Of a stretch of DNA of 13,209 nt, positions 1 through 7,362 are shown piece by piece. The notes beneath the pieces are model-generated. The model was not told the origin of the DNA. It was given only the letters and a program-made list of their open reading frames with translations, and did no database searches. The translations under genes were made by a program, and so were the position numbers. Origin of the DNA: Candidatus Zixiibacteriota bacterium (lineage in GTDB: Bacteria > Zixibacteria > MSB-5A5 > CAIYYT01). Position 1 is the stretch's first letter, and each line of letters begins with the position of its first letter. The stretch covers positions 1 to 13,209 of the forward strand of contig JBECKX010000083.1 of NCBI GenBank assembly GCA_040235515.1. Reading direction: 5' to 3'.

Positions 1-40
1 ACCCTCACCCCCGGCCCCTCTCCCTTGCAAGGGAGAGGGG
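1..40. repeat. BoxC-like pyrimidine/purine palindromic repeat, copy 1 (may be cut by the window edge)
   Basis: ACCCTCACCCCCGG followed by the perfect 26-bp palindrome CCCCTCTCCCTTG/CAAGGGAGAGGGG (15..40). It is 36/40 identical to 1998..2037. The CCCTCACC...CCCTCTCCC...GGGAGAGGG pattern resembles the enterobacterial BoxC element. Confidence 0.8.
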
Positions 41-65
41 AGGCGGAGCGGTCATCAGGCGACTG

Positions 66-139
66 GGTACCCCAGCCCTTGGACTGGGGAGGGAATAATC
101 CAAGTTTGCTTACAGCCCCAACCCAAGGGTTGGGGTACC
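66..139. repeat. Inverted pair of REP-like hairpins (REPIN-like doublet)
   Basis: GGTACCCCAGCCCTTGGACTGGGG (66..89) and CCCCAACCCAAGGGTTGGGGTACC (116..139) are inverted copies (21/24 match). Each is itself a short hairpin. The spacer is 26 bp. Confidence 0.75.
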
Positions 140-141
140 GG

Positions 142-174
142 TGTGCCATACGCAGTCGGCACATAGAGCAGTGT
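142..174 (-). pseudogene. Relic fragment of a paralog of the 290..1786 gene (C-terminal TLLYVPTAYGT)
   Basis: The minus strand reads ACA CTG CTC TAT GTG CCG ACT GCG TAT GGC ACA = TLLYVPTAYGT. The gene at 302..334 reads TLLYVPTNYGT. Identity is 26/33 nt and 10/11 aa; 4 of the 7 mismatches are synonymous third-position changes. Confidence 0.65.
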
Positions 175-177
175 GGG

Positions 178-287
178 CATCCGCCTGCGGCGGATGTTGG
201 CCGAATGAATTCGGCCCGACTTTGGGTTCAGCATGCTGAACCCCTACGGATTTTGCACCGATGCAGTAGGCAAACCCCGAATCCTAC
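178..287. repeat. Cluster of REP-like palindromes downstream of the fibre gene
   Basis: Contains the hairpin CATCCGCC-TGC-GGCGGATG (178..196), GGCCGAATGAATTCGGCC-CGAC (199..220, GTCG-tagged on the minus strand), GGGTTCAGCATGCTGAACCC-CTAC (224..247, GTAG-tagged on the minus strand) and a degenerate GTAGG...CCTAC (266..287). Confidence 0.75.
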
Positions 288-289
288 GT

Positions 290-1786
290 CTACGGTTTCA
301 CCGTCCCATAATTCGTCGGGACATAGAGCAGTGTGATCTGAGCATCGAACACTGATGCGGGGTTGTCGCCTGCTGATTCTGCAATGTAGTAGTAGGTGTA
401 ACTTCCACCCGTCGCTACGGTAAAGACTGCTTGCGCGGAAGCCGGCATGGAGTACCTCCCGGCGGCTACATTCGATCCCAAAAGCATATTGCATCGATAT
501 CCAGTCGGCGGTCCGGTTGCGGAAGTCGACAAGCCGGAGTGAACCGAAGTTGATCCAGAGATATCGTGGTCCATGTATACCGCGCATGACCCGTAAGCTA
601 TCACATAGCCCGGTCCCGGAACGGTGATTTGTCGCGACACTAATGACTGCCAACCCGAGCTAAGTGAGATGATTACACTCTGCACGTAGTTGCTGGCCAC
701 GCCCGGCGCGGGCATGATATTGTCAGCGATGACATCGCCGTCAACCTGTAGATTCCCGGCGACGTGCAGCTTCTCCTGCGGATTGGTGGTACCAATTCCT
801 ACCTTTCCGTCTTCAGCCCAGGTCATGGCTTCCACACCCACCTGGCTGCGGAGACCGAGGGCACCTTCGGGAATGTTGTTATTGGTGTCATCATCCATGC
901 GCAGGTGCCAGGTGTTTTGAGGCGTCTTGATGCGCAGACCAGCCTCACCCCAGTTGCTCGGGTGCGACGACTCGATTTGAAGGAATGCCCTGCCGCCGTC
1001 GGAGTCCTCCTCGATTTCGAGTAGTTCCTCCGGGTAAGTCGTGCCGATACCGACTTCCTCATTGATCGGATCGATCAGCATCCAACTGCTGGTGGAGGCG
1101 GAACGGATATAGATGCGGTCGGTTGGCTCGAACCAGAGATCGTCTTCGGCTTCAATAAAGAGGTCGCCGCCGGATGCATTGAGGCGCGTAAGGTGACTCC
1201 CGAACTCCAGATCGGAGTTTACTGCGAGGCGGAGATTGCCATTAACGTGCAGCTTGGCTGCGGGCGTTGCCGTACCGATACCGACCGAGTCAGCGTCGTC
1301 GGCCAGGTGCACGACATTGCCATTCAGATTCCAGCCCGAGGTGACGCTGCCGACCACGTAACCGGCAGTGTCGGCGTAAACCGACTGATTCGCAAAGTCG
1401 GCATCCTCGGCACGAATCGCATAGGCGGAACTGACCACCGGAACACGCTGCTCCATCTTCGGCTCCGTTCCCACCGCAATAGCGAGCCAGAGCGGTCGTC
1501 CGTCAAGAATCTCCGGGGTGAGGGGATCGAATGACCCGAGCAGGATGTTGAAAAGGCCGTTGGTTACGACCACATCAAGGTGCGATTCCTTCCAGAGGTA
1601 GTTACCCAAGACTTCGGCGTCATAGAGCTGAAATGAAATTGCAACGGTAGTATCGATCGGGCTGCCGTCGGCGTGCGTGAGCTTGCCTTGATAACTGATC
1701 AGGTGAGGTACATCCACCGGAAAGGCAAATGGAGTTAGCAGAAGGCAGAAAAGGACGCAGAGTCCCAGGGTCAGAAGGGCTTTCAT
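290..1786 (-). CDS. Secreted tail-fibre-like / adhesin-like protein with VGIGT repeats (498 aa)
   Basis: ATG preceded by a GGAGGA RBS (1791..1796, minus strand) and a hydrophobic signal peptide (MKALLTLGLCVLFCLLLTPFAF). The N-terminal domain VPHLISYQGKLT..G.P...G.FNILLG...PVVSSAYA is of the type seen in bacterial tail-fibre-domain proteins. Three VGIGT..P...L(H/E) repeats follow, then a beta-rich C-terminal domain. No peptidase S74 chaperone is recognisable. Confidence 0.8.
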   Translation of the reverse strand: MKALLTLGLCVLFCLLLTPFAFPVDVPHLISYQGKLTHADGSPIDTTVAISFQLYDAEVLGNYLWKESHLDVVVTNGLFNILLGSFDPLTPEILDGRPLWLAIAVGTEPKMEQRVPVVSSAYAIRAEDADFANQSVYADTAGYVVGSVTSGWNLNGNVVHLADDADSVGIGTATPAAKLHVNGNLRLAVNSDLEFGSHLTRLNASGGDLFIEAEDDLWFEPTDRIYIRSASTSSWMLIDPINEEVGIGTTYPEELLEIEEDSDGGRAFLQIESSHPSNWGEAGLRIKTPQNTWHLRMDDDTNNNIPEGALGLRSQVGVEAMTWAEDGKVGIGTTNPQEKLHVAGNLQVDGDVIADNIMPAPGVASNYVQSVIISLSSGWQSLVSRQITVPGPGYVIAYGSCAVYMDHDISGSTSVHSGLSTSATGPPTGYRCNMLLGSNVAAGRYSMPASAQAVFTVATGGSYTYYYIAESAGDNPASVFDAQITLLYVPTNYGTVKP

Positions 1787-1885
1787 TATATCCTCCAGAG
1801 AGGTTTTTGCTATCGGTATGGATCGATGGGCAGCGAGGCGACAGAAATGAGCCGCTGGAGCATATCTCAGGAGAGACCCACTTTT

Positions 1886-1913
1886 AATATCGGTAAATCG
1901 CTCTATTCGTCAA
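1886..1913 (-). promoter_or_regulatory. Putative sigma70 promoter for the fibre gene
   Basis: Minus strand TTGACG (1913..1908), 16 bp, GATATT (1891..1886); alternatively TATTAA at 18 bp spacing. It lies about 100 bp upstream of the start codon. Confidence 0.4.
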
Positions 1914-1947
1914 CTATTTCCGCTGTTTTCGAGGACTATAATTCCGC

Positions 1948-1975
1948 TTGGCAAGACAGCCCTGATACCTATATT
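1948..1975 (+). promoter_or_regulatory. Putative sigma70 promoter for the aspS operon
   Basis: TTGGCA (1948..1953), 16 bp, TATATT (1970..1975). A perfect TATAAT also occurs at 1937..1942 without a good -35. Confidence 0.4.
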
Positions 1976-1997
1976 GGCGGCTGATTGACGGGGTTTA

Positions 1998-2050
1998 ACC
2001 CTAACGCCCGGTCCCTCTTCCTTGCAAGGGAGAGGGGTTAGAGGTGAGGG
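1998..2050. repeat. BoxC-like palindromic repeat, copy 2 (both arms present)
   Basis: ACCCTAACGCCCGGTCCCTCTTCCTTGCAAGGGAGAGGGGTTAGAGGTGAGGG is an imperfect palindrome of about 53 bp. Its first 40 bp match 1..40 at 36 positions in direct orientation. Confidence 0.8.
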
Positions 2051-2080
2051 CGATCATACACACCCGGCATCAAGCCAAGC

Positions 2081-2107
2081 GTCGCAACCACAGTGGTTCC
2101 GACCTAT
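2081..2107 (-). repeat. Degenerate GTAG-type REP
   Basis: Minus strand ATAG-GTCGGAACCAC-TGT-GGTTGCGAC. Same family as the copies at 12762..12787 and 12797..12823. Confidence 0.65.
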
Positions 2108-2114
2108 AAAACTA

Positions 2115-2141
2115 TGGATTCCCGCCTGCGCGGGAATGACG
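2115..2141 (-). repeat. CGTC-type REP (dRS3-like ATTCCC-N8-GGGAAT core)
   Basis: Minus strand CGTCATTCCCGCGCAGGCGGGAATCCA. Core on the plus strand is ATTCCC (2118..2123), N8, GGGAAT (2132..2137). Confidence 0.8.
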
Positions 2142-2178
2142 ATCCCGAATGTTGCGATAAAGTAAGCAGGAATTGACT

Positions 2179-4005
2179 ATGAAACCGTTTTCGGAATTGA
2201 AAAGAACACATACATGCGGTGAGCTGCGTGCTGAGCATGATGGCAAGACTGTGACTCTCAACGGCTGGGTGAAGAAGTACCGCAATCATGGTGGGATTCT
2301 GTTTGTTGATCTGCGAGACCGCTATGGTGTAACCCAGGTGGTCTTTCATCCTGATAACTTCGATGAAGAGAAGTTCAAAGTTGCCGAGCATCTGCGCGGC
2401 GAGTTCGTGATAAGTGTCACCGGGAAGGTGGGCAGGCGACCGGAGGGAATGGAGAACCCCAACATGTCGACCGGTGAGATCGAGCTGGATGTGACCGATT
2501 TCGAGATTCTGGCCGAGTCAGAGACCACTCCGTTTGAGATCGAGGAGGATACAGGCGCGAATGAGGATTTACGCCTGACCTATCGCTACCTGGATTTGCG
2601 ACGCAGGTTTCTTGCGGACAAGATTATCCTCAGACATCATCTGACAACTTCGGTTCGGCGCCATCTCGACAAGGAGGGTTTCCTTGAGATCGAGACGCCG
2701 CTGATGATGCGCTCAACCCCGGAAGGGGCGCGTGACTACGTCGTACCTTCACGGGTGCATCCGGGGAAGTTCTATGCCCTGCCCCAGTCACCGCAGTTGT
2801 TCAAACAGATTCTGATGATTGCGGGATTCGACAAGTATTTCCAGCTTGCGCGCTGTTTGCGCGACGAGGACCTGCGCGCCGACCGTCAGCCGGAACACAC
2901 GCAGATCGATATCGAAATGTCGTTCGTGACGCAGGATGATATTTTCACGGCGATCGAAGGGATGATGGCTGCGGCCTTCAAGGATGTGCTGAATGTAACA
3001 CTGCAGACGCCGTTCCCACGACACCCCTACTCGGAGATCATGAGCAAGTATGGCTCCGATAAGCCGGATTTGAGGTTCGGGCTGGAGTTGGTGGACTTCT
3101 CGGAGGTTTTTGCGAAGAGTGAATTCAAAGTGTTCTCCGGTGCGATCGAAGCAGGCGGTGTCGTCAAGGGTGTGGTGGTGCCGGGTCAGGCGGATGTATC
3201 GCGTAAGCAGGTTGATGAGATCGAAGAGCAGGCAAAGCTTGCCGGCGCCAGGGGGCTGGCATGGATAGCATTTGCCGACGAGTTGCGTTCGCCGATCAAG
3301 AAATTCCTTTCCGATGAGGTGATTGCCAAATTGCGGGAAGTCGGCGGCATCAAGGATGGTGATCTGGTGTTGTTTGCCGCCGGACCGAAACTGCAGGCGG
3401 AAGGAATCCTGGGGCGGGTACGTTCCTACTGCGGGAAGAAATTCGAGCTGATCGATAAGTCGCTCTGGAGATTTCTCTGGGTGACTGATTTCCCGCTCTT
3501 TGAATATCTGCCGGATCATGATCGTTTCGACGCCATGCACAACATCGTCAGTTCGCCGAAGGAAGAGGATATGCCGCTTCTGGACGAGGGATTTGAATCA
3601 AAACTAAAATTATCTGATCCAGAGCATCCGTGGGCGCGGGCTAAAGCGAACCAATATGATCTCGTTTGTAACGGTTTTGAGCTGGCATCTGGGGGGATTC
3701 GTTGCCACCGTTCCGATTTACAGTTGAAGATTTTGAAGATACTCGGAATGAGTCAGGAGCGCGCGGAGAATATGTTTGGTTTCTTGTTGCGCGCCTTGAA
3801 GTTCGGAGCCCCGCCGCATGGTGGGATTGCGCTGGGGTTGGACCGTATTGTTGCAATCATGACCGATTCGGAATCGCTTCGCGATGTCATAGCATTTCCG
3901 AAGACGACAGCTGCGCAATCGCTCATGGATGGCTCTCCGACGGAGCTGGGTCCGGAACAATTGGCGGAACTCCACCTTTCGATAACTGTTGACAAAAAGG
4001 AGTAG
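2179..4005 (+). CDS. aspS: Aspartate--tRNA ligase, bacterial type, probably non-discriminating (Asp/Asn)
   Basis: Motifs [18 protein letters not shown] (OB fold), YRYLDLRR, motif 1 [43 protein letters not shown], a GAD insertion domain, motif 3 [12 protein letters not shown] and RDVIAFPK. I prefer ATG 2179 over TTG 2173 because AGGA (2168..2171) lies 7 nt upstream of it. Confidence 0.98.
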   Translation: MKPFSELKRTHTCGELRAEHDGKTVTLNGWVKKYRNHGGILFVDLRDRYGVTQVVFHPDNFDEEKFKVAEHLRGEFVISVTGKVGRRPEGMENPNMSTGEIELDVTDFEILAESETTPFEIEEDTGANEDLRLTYRYLDLRRRFLADKIILRHHLTTSVRRHLDKEGFLEIETPLMMRSTPEGARDYVVPSRVHPGKFYALPQSPQLFKQILMIAGFDKYFQLARCLRDEDLRADRQPEHTQIDIEMSFVTQDDIFTAIEGMMAAAFKDVLNVTLQTPFPRHPYSEIMSKYGSDKPDLRFGLELVDFSEVFAKSEFKVFSGAIEAGGVVKGVVVPGQADVSRKQVDEIEEQAKLAGARGLAWIAFADELRSPIKKFLSDEVIAKLREVGGIKDGDLVLFAAGPKLQAEGILGRVRSYCGKKFELIDKSLWRFLWVTDFPLFEYLPDHDRFDAMHNIVSSPKEEDMPLLDEGFESKLKLSDPEHPWARAKANQYDLVCNGFELASGGIRCHRSDLQLKILKILGMSQERAENMFGFLLRALKFGAPPHGGIALGLDRIVAIMTDSESLRDVIAFPKTTAAQSLMDGSPTELGPEQLAELHLSITVDKKE

Positions 4006-4021
4006 CCAACTAAATTGGCTA
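4003..4021 (+). other. Short hairpin at the aspS stop codon (no U-tract; pause or stability element at most)
   Basis: TAGCCAA-CTAAA-TTGGCTA forms a 7-bp stem. It is followed by a G-rich tract rather than poly-T. Confidence 0.3.
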
Positions 4022-4123
4022 GTAGGAATGGGGGTAGATGGGGATGGACGGGGGATGGATTATGCGGCGGTTTGGTCAAATCGACGAATTGACCGCCATA
4101 AGAGAGGTGTTAGTTAAGAGTAC

Positions 4124-5083
4124 TTGAGTACGCCTAAAGAGAAAATCATCGAGTTGCAGGACATAGACCCACGCGTCCTGTTCGTCAATAATAACAATCT
4201 CATTAAGACAATTGAAACCGAGTTCGATGTTCAGGTAGTCGCACGTGGCGACCGGATTTCGATTTCAGGCGCGGATGCCGCCAAGGTGCAGTTGTTGTTT
4301 GACGATCTGTTCAAGCGGCTGCAGAAGTATGGTGAGATAACTGACCAGTACTTGCAGTATTCGATCGGGTTTATCAAGGAATCGGGTACCGGTCCGGCAT
4401 CGGAGCTGGAGATCAGTTCAGCGTTATCTTCGATTGCCAAGACGGAGATTCACCCGAAGACGATCGGGCAGCGTGAGTATATTGAAGCGATCGAGAAGCA
4501 TGACATCGTCTTCGGGATTGGCCCGGCGGGTACGGGCAAGACCTATCTTGCTGTAGCCGAAGCGGTTGCCGGTCTGAAGGCGAAGATTTACAACCGGATT
4601 ATCCTGGTACGCCCGGCTGTGGAGGCGGGTGAATCGCTTGGATTTCTACCGGGTGACATTCGCGCCAAGGTGGACCCCTATCTGCGCCCGGTGTACGACG
4701 CTTTACATGATATGCTTCCTGCCGATAAAATAAAGAAACTGATGGAGTTGGGCGTAATCGAGATCGTACCGCTCGCTTTCATGCGTGGTCGGACGCTCAA
4801 CAGTTCATTTGTAATTCTGGATGAATCGCAAAACACGACCGTGGCGCAGATGAAGATGTTTTTGACCAGAATCGGCGAGGAATCGAAGGCGGTAGTGACT
4901 GGAGATGTGACTCAGATCGACCTGGATCGGAAGCGTCTCTCCGGCTTGATAGCGATCCAGAAGATCCTCCGTAACATACCTGAGATCAAGTTCTGTTACC
5001 TTACCGACAAGGATGTTGTCAGGCACCGCCTTGTCCGGGATATTATTCGGGCGTTCGATCGTTACGAAGCGGGCCGGAACTAG
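4124..5083 (+). CDS. phoH: PhoH-family ATPase (PhoH-like/YbeZ)
   Basis: Walker A GPAGTGKT, RPAVEAGESLGFLPGD, PLAFMRGRTL, ILDESQN, GDVTQIDL, DVVRH, plus a KH-like N-terminus. The TTG start is somewhat uncertain. Confidence 0.96.
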   Translation: MSTPKEKIIELQDIDPRVLFVNNNNLIKTIETEFDVQVVARGDRISISGADAAKVQLLFDDLFKRLQKYGEITDQYLQYSIGFIKESGTGPASELEISSALSSIAKTEIHPKTIGQREYIEAIEKHDIVFGIGPAGTGKTYLAVAEAVAGLKAKIYNRIILVRPAVEAGESLGFLPGDIRAKVDPYLRPVYDALHDMLPADKIKKLMELGVIEIVPLAFMRGRTLNSSFVILDESQNTTVAQMKMFLTRIGEESKAVVTGDVTQIDLDRKRLSGLIAIQKILRNIPEIKFCYLTDKDVVRHRLVRDIIRAFDRYEAGRN

Positions 5084-5130
5084 ACGCGGGCTATCATATC
5101 ATTTGAGCTTATCAATTGAATTAGGCTAAC

Positions 5131-7362
5131 ATGTTTAGACCACTTAAGAACCTCCTCCGGAGTGCGCGGCGGCGCCTTCGCAAGGAGAATACAGCCGCAG
5201 GAGTCAGTGGAGCCAGTCGTTTCTGGATTGGGCTCACGGTCGCTTTTGCGATACTATTTGCCTCATTCCTGTTCCCCCCGGAGCGGATGTTTGCTCCGCC
5301 TTCGATGCCGCAGGTGGGAGAAATCGCCGCTGAGGATATTATTGCGCCGTTTGATTTCCCGGTTTACAAGACTGAGGAAGAGATGGAGTTTGAGCGCCTC
5401 GAAGCGATCAGTTCCCTCTCGGCGGTGCTCGAGTATGATGCCGGCAAGGTGGATTCAGTATTCAAAGCTGTCGATGGATTGTTCCATCTGGCGGATAGTC
5501 TGACCGCGAAGGGAAATCCGCCTCAAGCTGCAGCGGAGAAACTGCGGTTATTCTTCCCGGAGATCAAGGAAAAGACGCTGCGGGTAATCCTCGAACATGA
5601 TTCCCTTGCCCAGAGCAAGCAGATCATCCGATCGAGTTTGCAGGATCGCTACATTGTCGGTGTCGCCGCAACGGATACGACGGTGCCACCGAGATTTCAG
5701 ACCGTGCAGGTGGAGCGCCCCACCAGAACCTCCTCTTTTGCCGCTGATCAGGTGCATGGATTGGAGGATGCGAAGCGCAGGCTCCGCGAGGATATCGAGA
5801 TCCAGGCCGGCGGTGAGAGCAAAACATACATCGATGCGCTCTACTCGATCGCGCAGACTTTCCTGGGTGTCAACCTGACATTTTCACAGGAGAAGACGAC
5901 AAAGCGTCGCGCGGAGGCGATCGGGTCAATTTCGGACGAAAAGATGTGGTTCCATGCCGGTCAGCGACTGATCGCCAAGAATGAGCGCGTCACAGAGACC
6001 CACCTCGAGTGGATGCGGGCGTTGATGGAGCATCGTGCACAGACCGGCACCGAGGCGGGCACACTGCAGTTTCTGCTGCCGTTCGTGGCGAGAATCATGT
6101 TCATGTCGTTCATCTTCCTGAGTTTCCTGCTTGCCTATTACCACATGAATGGACGCGAGCAGTTCAGGCTGATCCGGGTGATACCGCTGCTTCTGATCAT
6201 GCTGTTGACCGTAGTTTCGGGGTATATCATCACGGAGCAGGCCGACCTGAGCAAGTTCCTGGTGCCGGTGGCGACCGGGATTATCCTGACGGTCATTCTG
6301 TTCAACCTGCGGACGGCGATTCTGGCAACCGTTGCGGAGGCGCTGCTGTTCGGGGTATTGTATGAGTTTAATTTCGAGTTCACATTCCTGGTGGTGATTG
6401 TGGGGCTTACGGCGGCATTCTCGATGCGCACGGTGAAGCGGCGCAGCGATTTCTACAGTGGTGCGTTGTATCTGGCGATAGCGTATGCGCTGAGCGCCTA
6501 TATCTTCGAAGCGCTGAGTTTCTCCGACACGAACGTGATTTTGCGCCAGTGCGGCTATGGTGTAGCCAATGCGGCGGCATCCTCGTTCATCGCGATGGCG
6601 ATTCTGCCATTGTTCGAGTCGCTGTTTGCGTTCACCACCAATATTACTCTGCTGGAGCTCTCTGATATGAATCACCCGTTGTTGAAGCGGCTGGCGCTGG
6701 AGTCTCCCGGCACCTACCATCACTCGCTGGTGATTGGTACACTGACGGAGAACGCAGCTGAGGCGATCGGAGCGAATTCGCTACTGGCTCGCATCGGGGC
6801 CTACTACCACGATGTCGGCAAGATGGAGATTTCAGAGTATTTCGTGGAGAACCAGTTTGGTGTGAAAAGCAAGCATGAGGAACTGGCGCCATCGATGTCG
6901 GCGATCGTGATCAAGTCGCACATTACGCGAGGACGCGAACTGGCGGAGGAGTATGACCTGCCGGACGCCATCATAGATTTCATCGAGGAGCACCACGGCA
7001 CGTCATTGATGAGCTACTTTTACAACAAGGCAAAAGAGCTTCATCCAGATGAAGAGGTTTCGGAAGCTGAGTATCGTTATCCCGGACCGAAGCCCCAGAG
7101 CAAGGAGACGGCGATATTGATGATAGCCGATTCGGTCGAGGCGGCCTCGCGGACACTGGAAGACCCGAAAGCTTCCCGCATACGCAGCCTTGTGCGCAGA
7201 CTAATAAATGATAAGGTACAATCGGGTCAGCTCTCGGAATCGAATCTGACGTTGAAGGACCTGCAGGGAATCGAGGATGCGTTCGTGAAGGTGCTGATCG
7301 GAGTATTCCACAGCCGTATCGAGTACCCCAAGAAGGAAGAGGAAGAGAGCACACCGGTCTGA
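5131..7362 (+). CDS. pgpH: 7TM receptor with HD (HDIG) hydrolase domain; PgpH-like cyclic-di-AMP phosphodiesterase
   Basis: An N-terminal TM helix, an extracytoplasmic 7TMR-HDED-like domain (GEIAAEDIIAPFDF), about 7 TM helices, then PGTYHHS, YYHDVGK, EHHGT, YPGPKPQSKE, ADSVEAASR and RIEYP. It sits in the conserved position between phoH and ybeY. The substrate is inferred from the family. Confidence 0.9.
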   Translation: MFRPLKNLLRSARRRLRKENTAAGVSGASRFWIGLTVAFAILFASFLFPPERMFAPPSMPQVGEIAAEDIIAPFDFPVYKTEEEMEFERLEAISSLSAVLEYDAGKVDSVFKAVDGLFHLADSLTAKGNPPQAAAEKLRLFFPEIKEKTLRVILEHDSLAQSKQIIRSSLQDRYIVGVAATDTTVPPRFQTVQVERPTRTSSFAADQVHGLEDAKRRLREDIEIQAGGESKTYIDALYSIAQTFLGVNLTFSQEKTTKRRAEAIGSISDEKMWFHAGQRLIAKNERVTETHLEWMRALMEHRAQTGTEAGTLQFLLPFVARIMFMSFIFLSFLLAYYHMNGREQFRLIRVIPLLLIMLLTVVSGYIITEQADLSKFLVPVATGIILTVILFNLRTAILATVAEALLFGVLYEFNFEFTFLVVIVGLTAAFSMRTVKRRSDFYSGALYLAIAYALSAYIFEALSFSDTNVILRQCGYGVANAAASSFIAMAILPLFESLFAFTTNITLLELSDMNHPLLKRLALESPGTYHHSLVIGTLTENAAEAIGANSLLARIGAYYHDVGKMEISEYFVENQFGVKSKHEELAPSMSAIVIKSHITRGRELAEEYDLPDAIIDFIEEHHGTSLMSYFYNKAKELHPDEEVSEAEYRYPGPKPQSKETAILMIADSVEAASRTLEDPKASRIRSLVRRLINDKVQSGQLSESNLTLKDLQGIEDAFVKVLIGVFHSRIEYPKKEEEESTPV

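Noticed and set aside
142..334. Diversity-generating retroelement (TR/VR pair at the 3' end of a fibre gene)
   Set aside because: The repeat is only 33 bp. The mismatches are not adenine-specific (C/G, G/T, G/C and others, mostly synonymous), and there is no reverse transcriptase in the window.
25..336. 103-aa plus-strand ORF
   Set aside because: It runs through stacked palindromic repeats, overlaps the fibre gene end on the opposite strand, has a TTG start and shows no protein-like features.
290..1786. Prophage tail gene
   Set aside because: The protein has a Sec-type signal peptide, and there are no neighbouring phage structural, integrase or lysis genes in the window.
1976..2178. T-box riboswitch upstream of aspS
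   Set aside because: AGTGGTTCCG only loosely resembles the T-box GGTGGNACCGCG and is explained by a REP. There is no stem I motif set and no terminator with a U-tract.
2788..3540. Long antisense ORFs (also 5926..6723, 8066..8788, 9822..10565, 9883..10674 and others)
   Set aside because: These are shadow frames of well-supported genes, expected from GC-rich codon bias. None has a recognisable motif.
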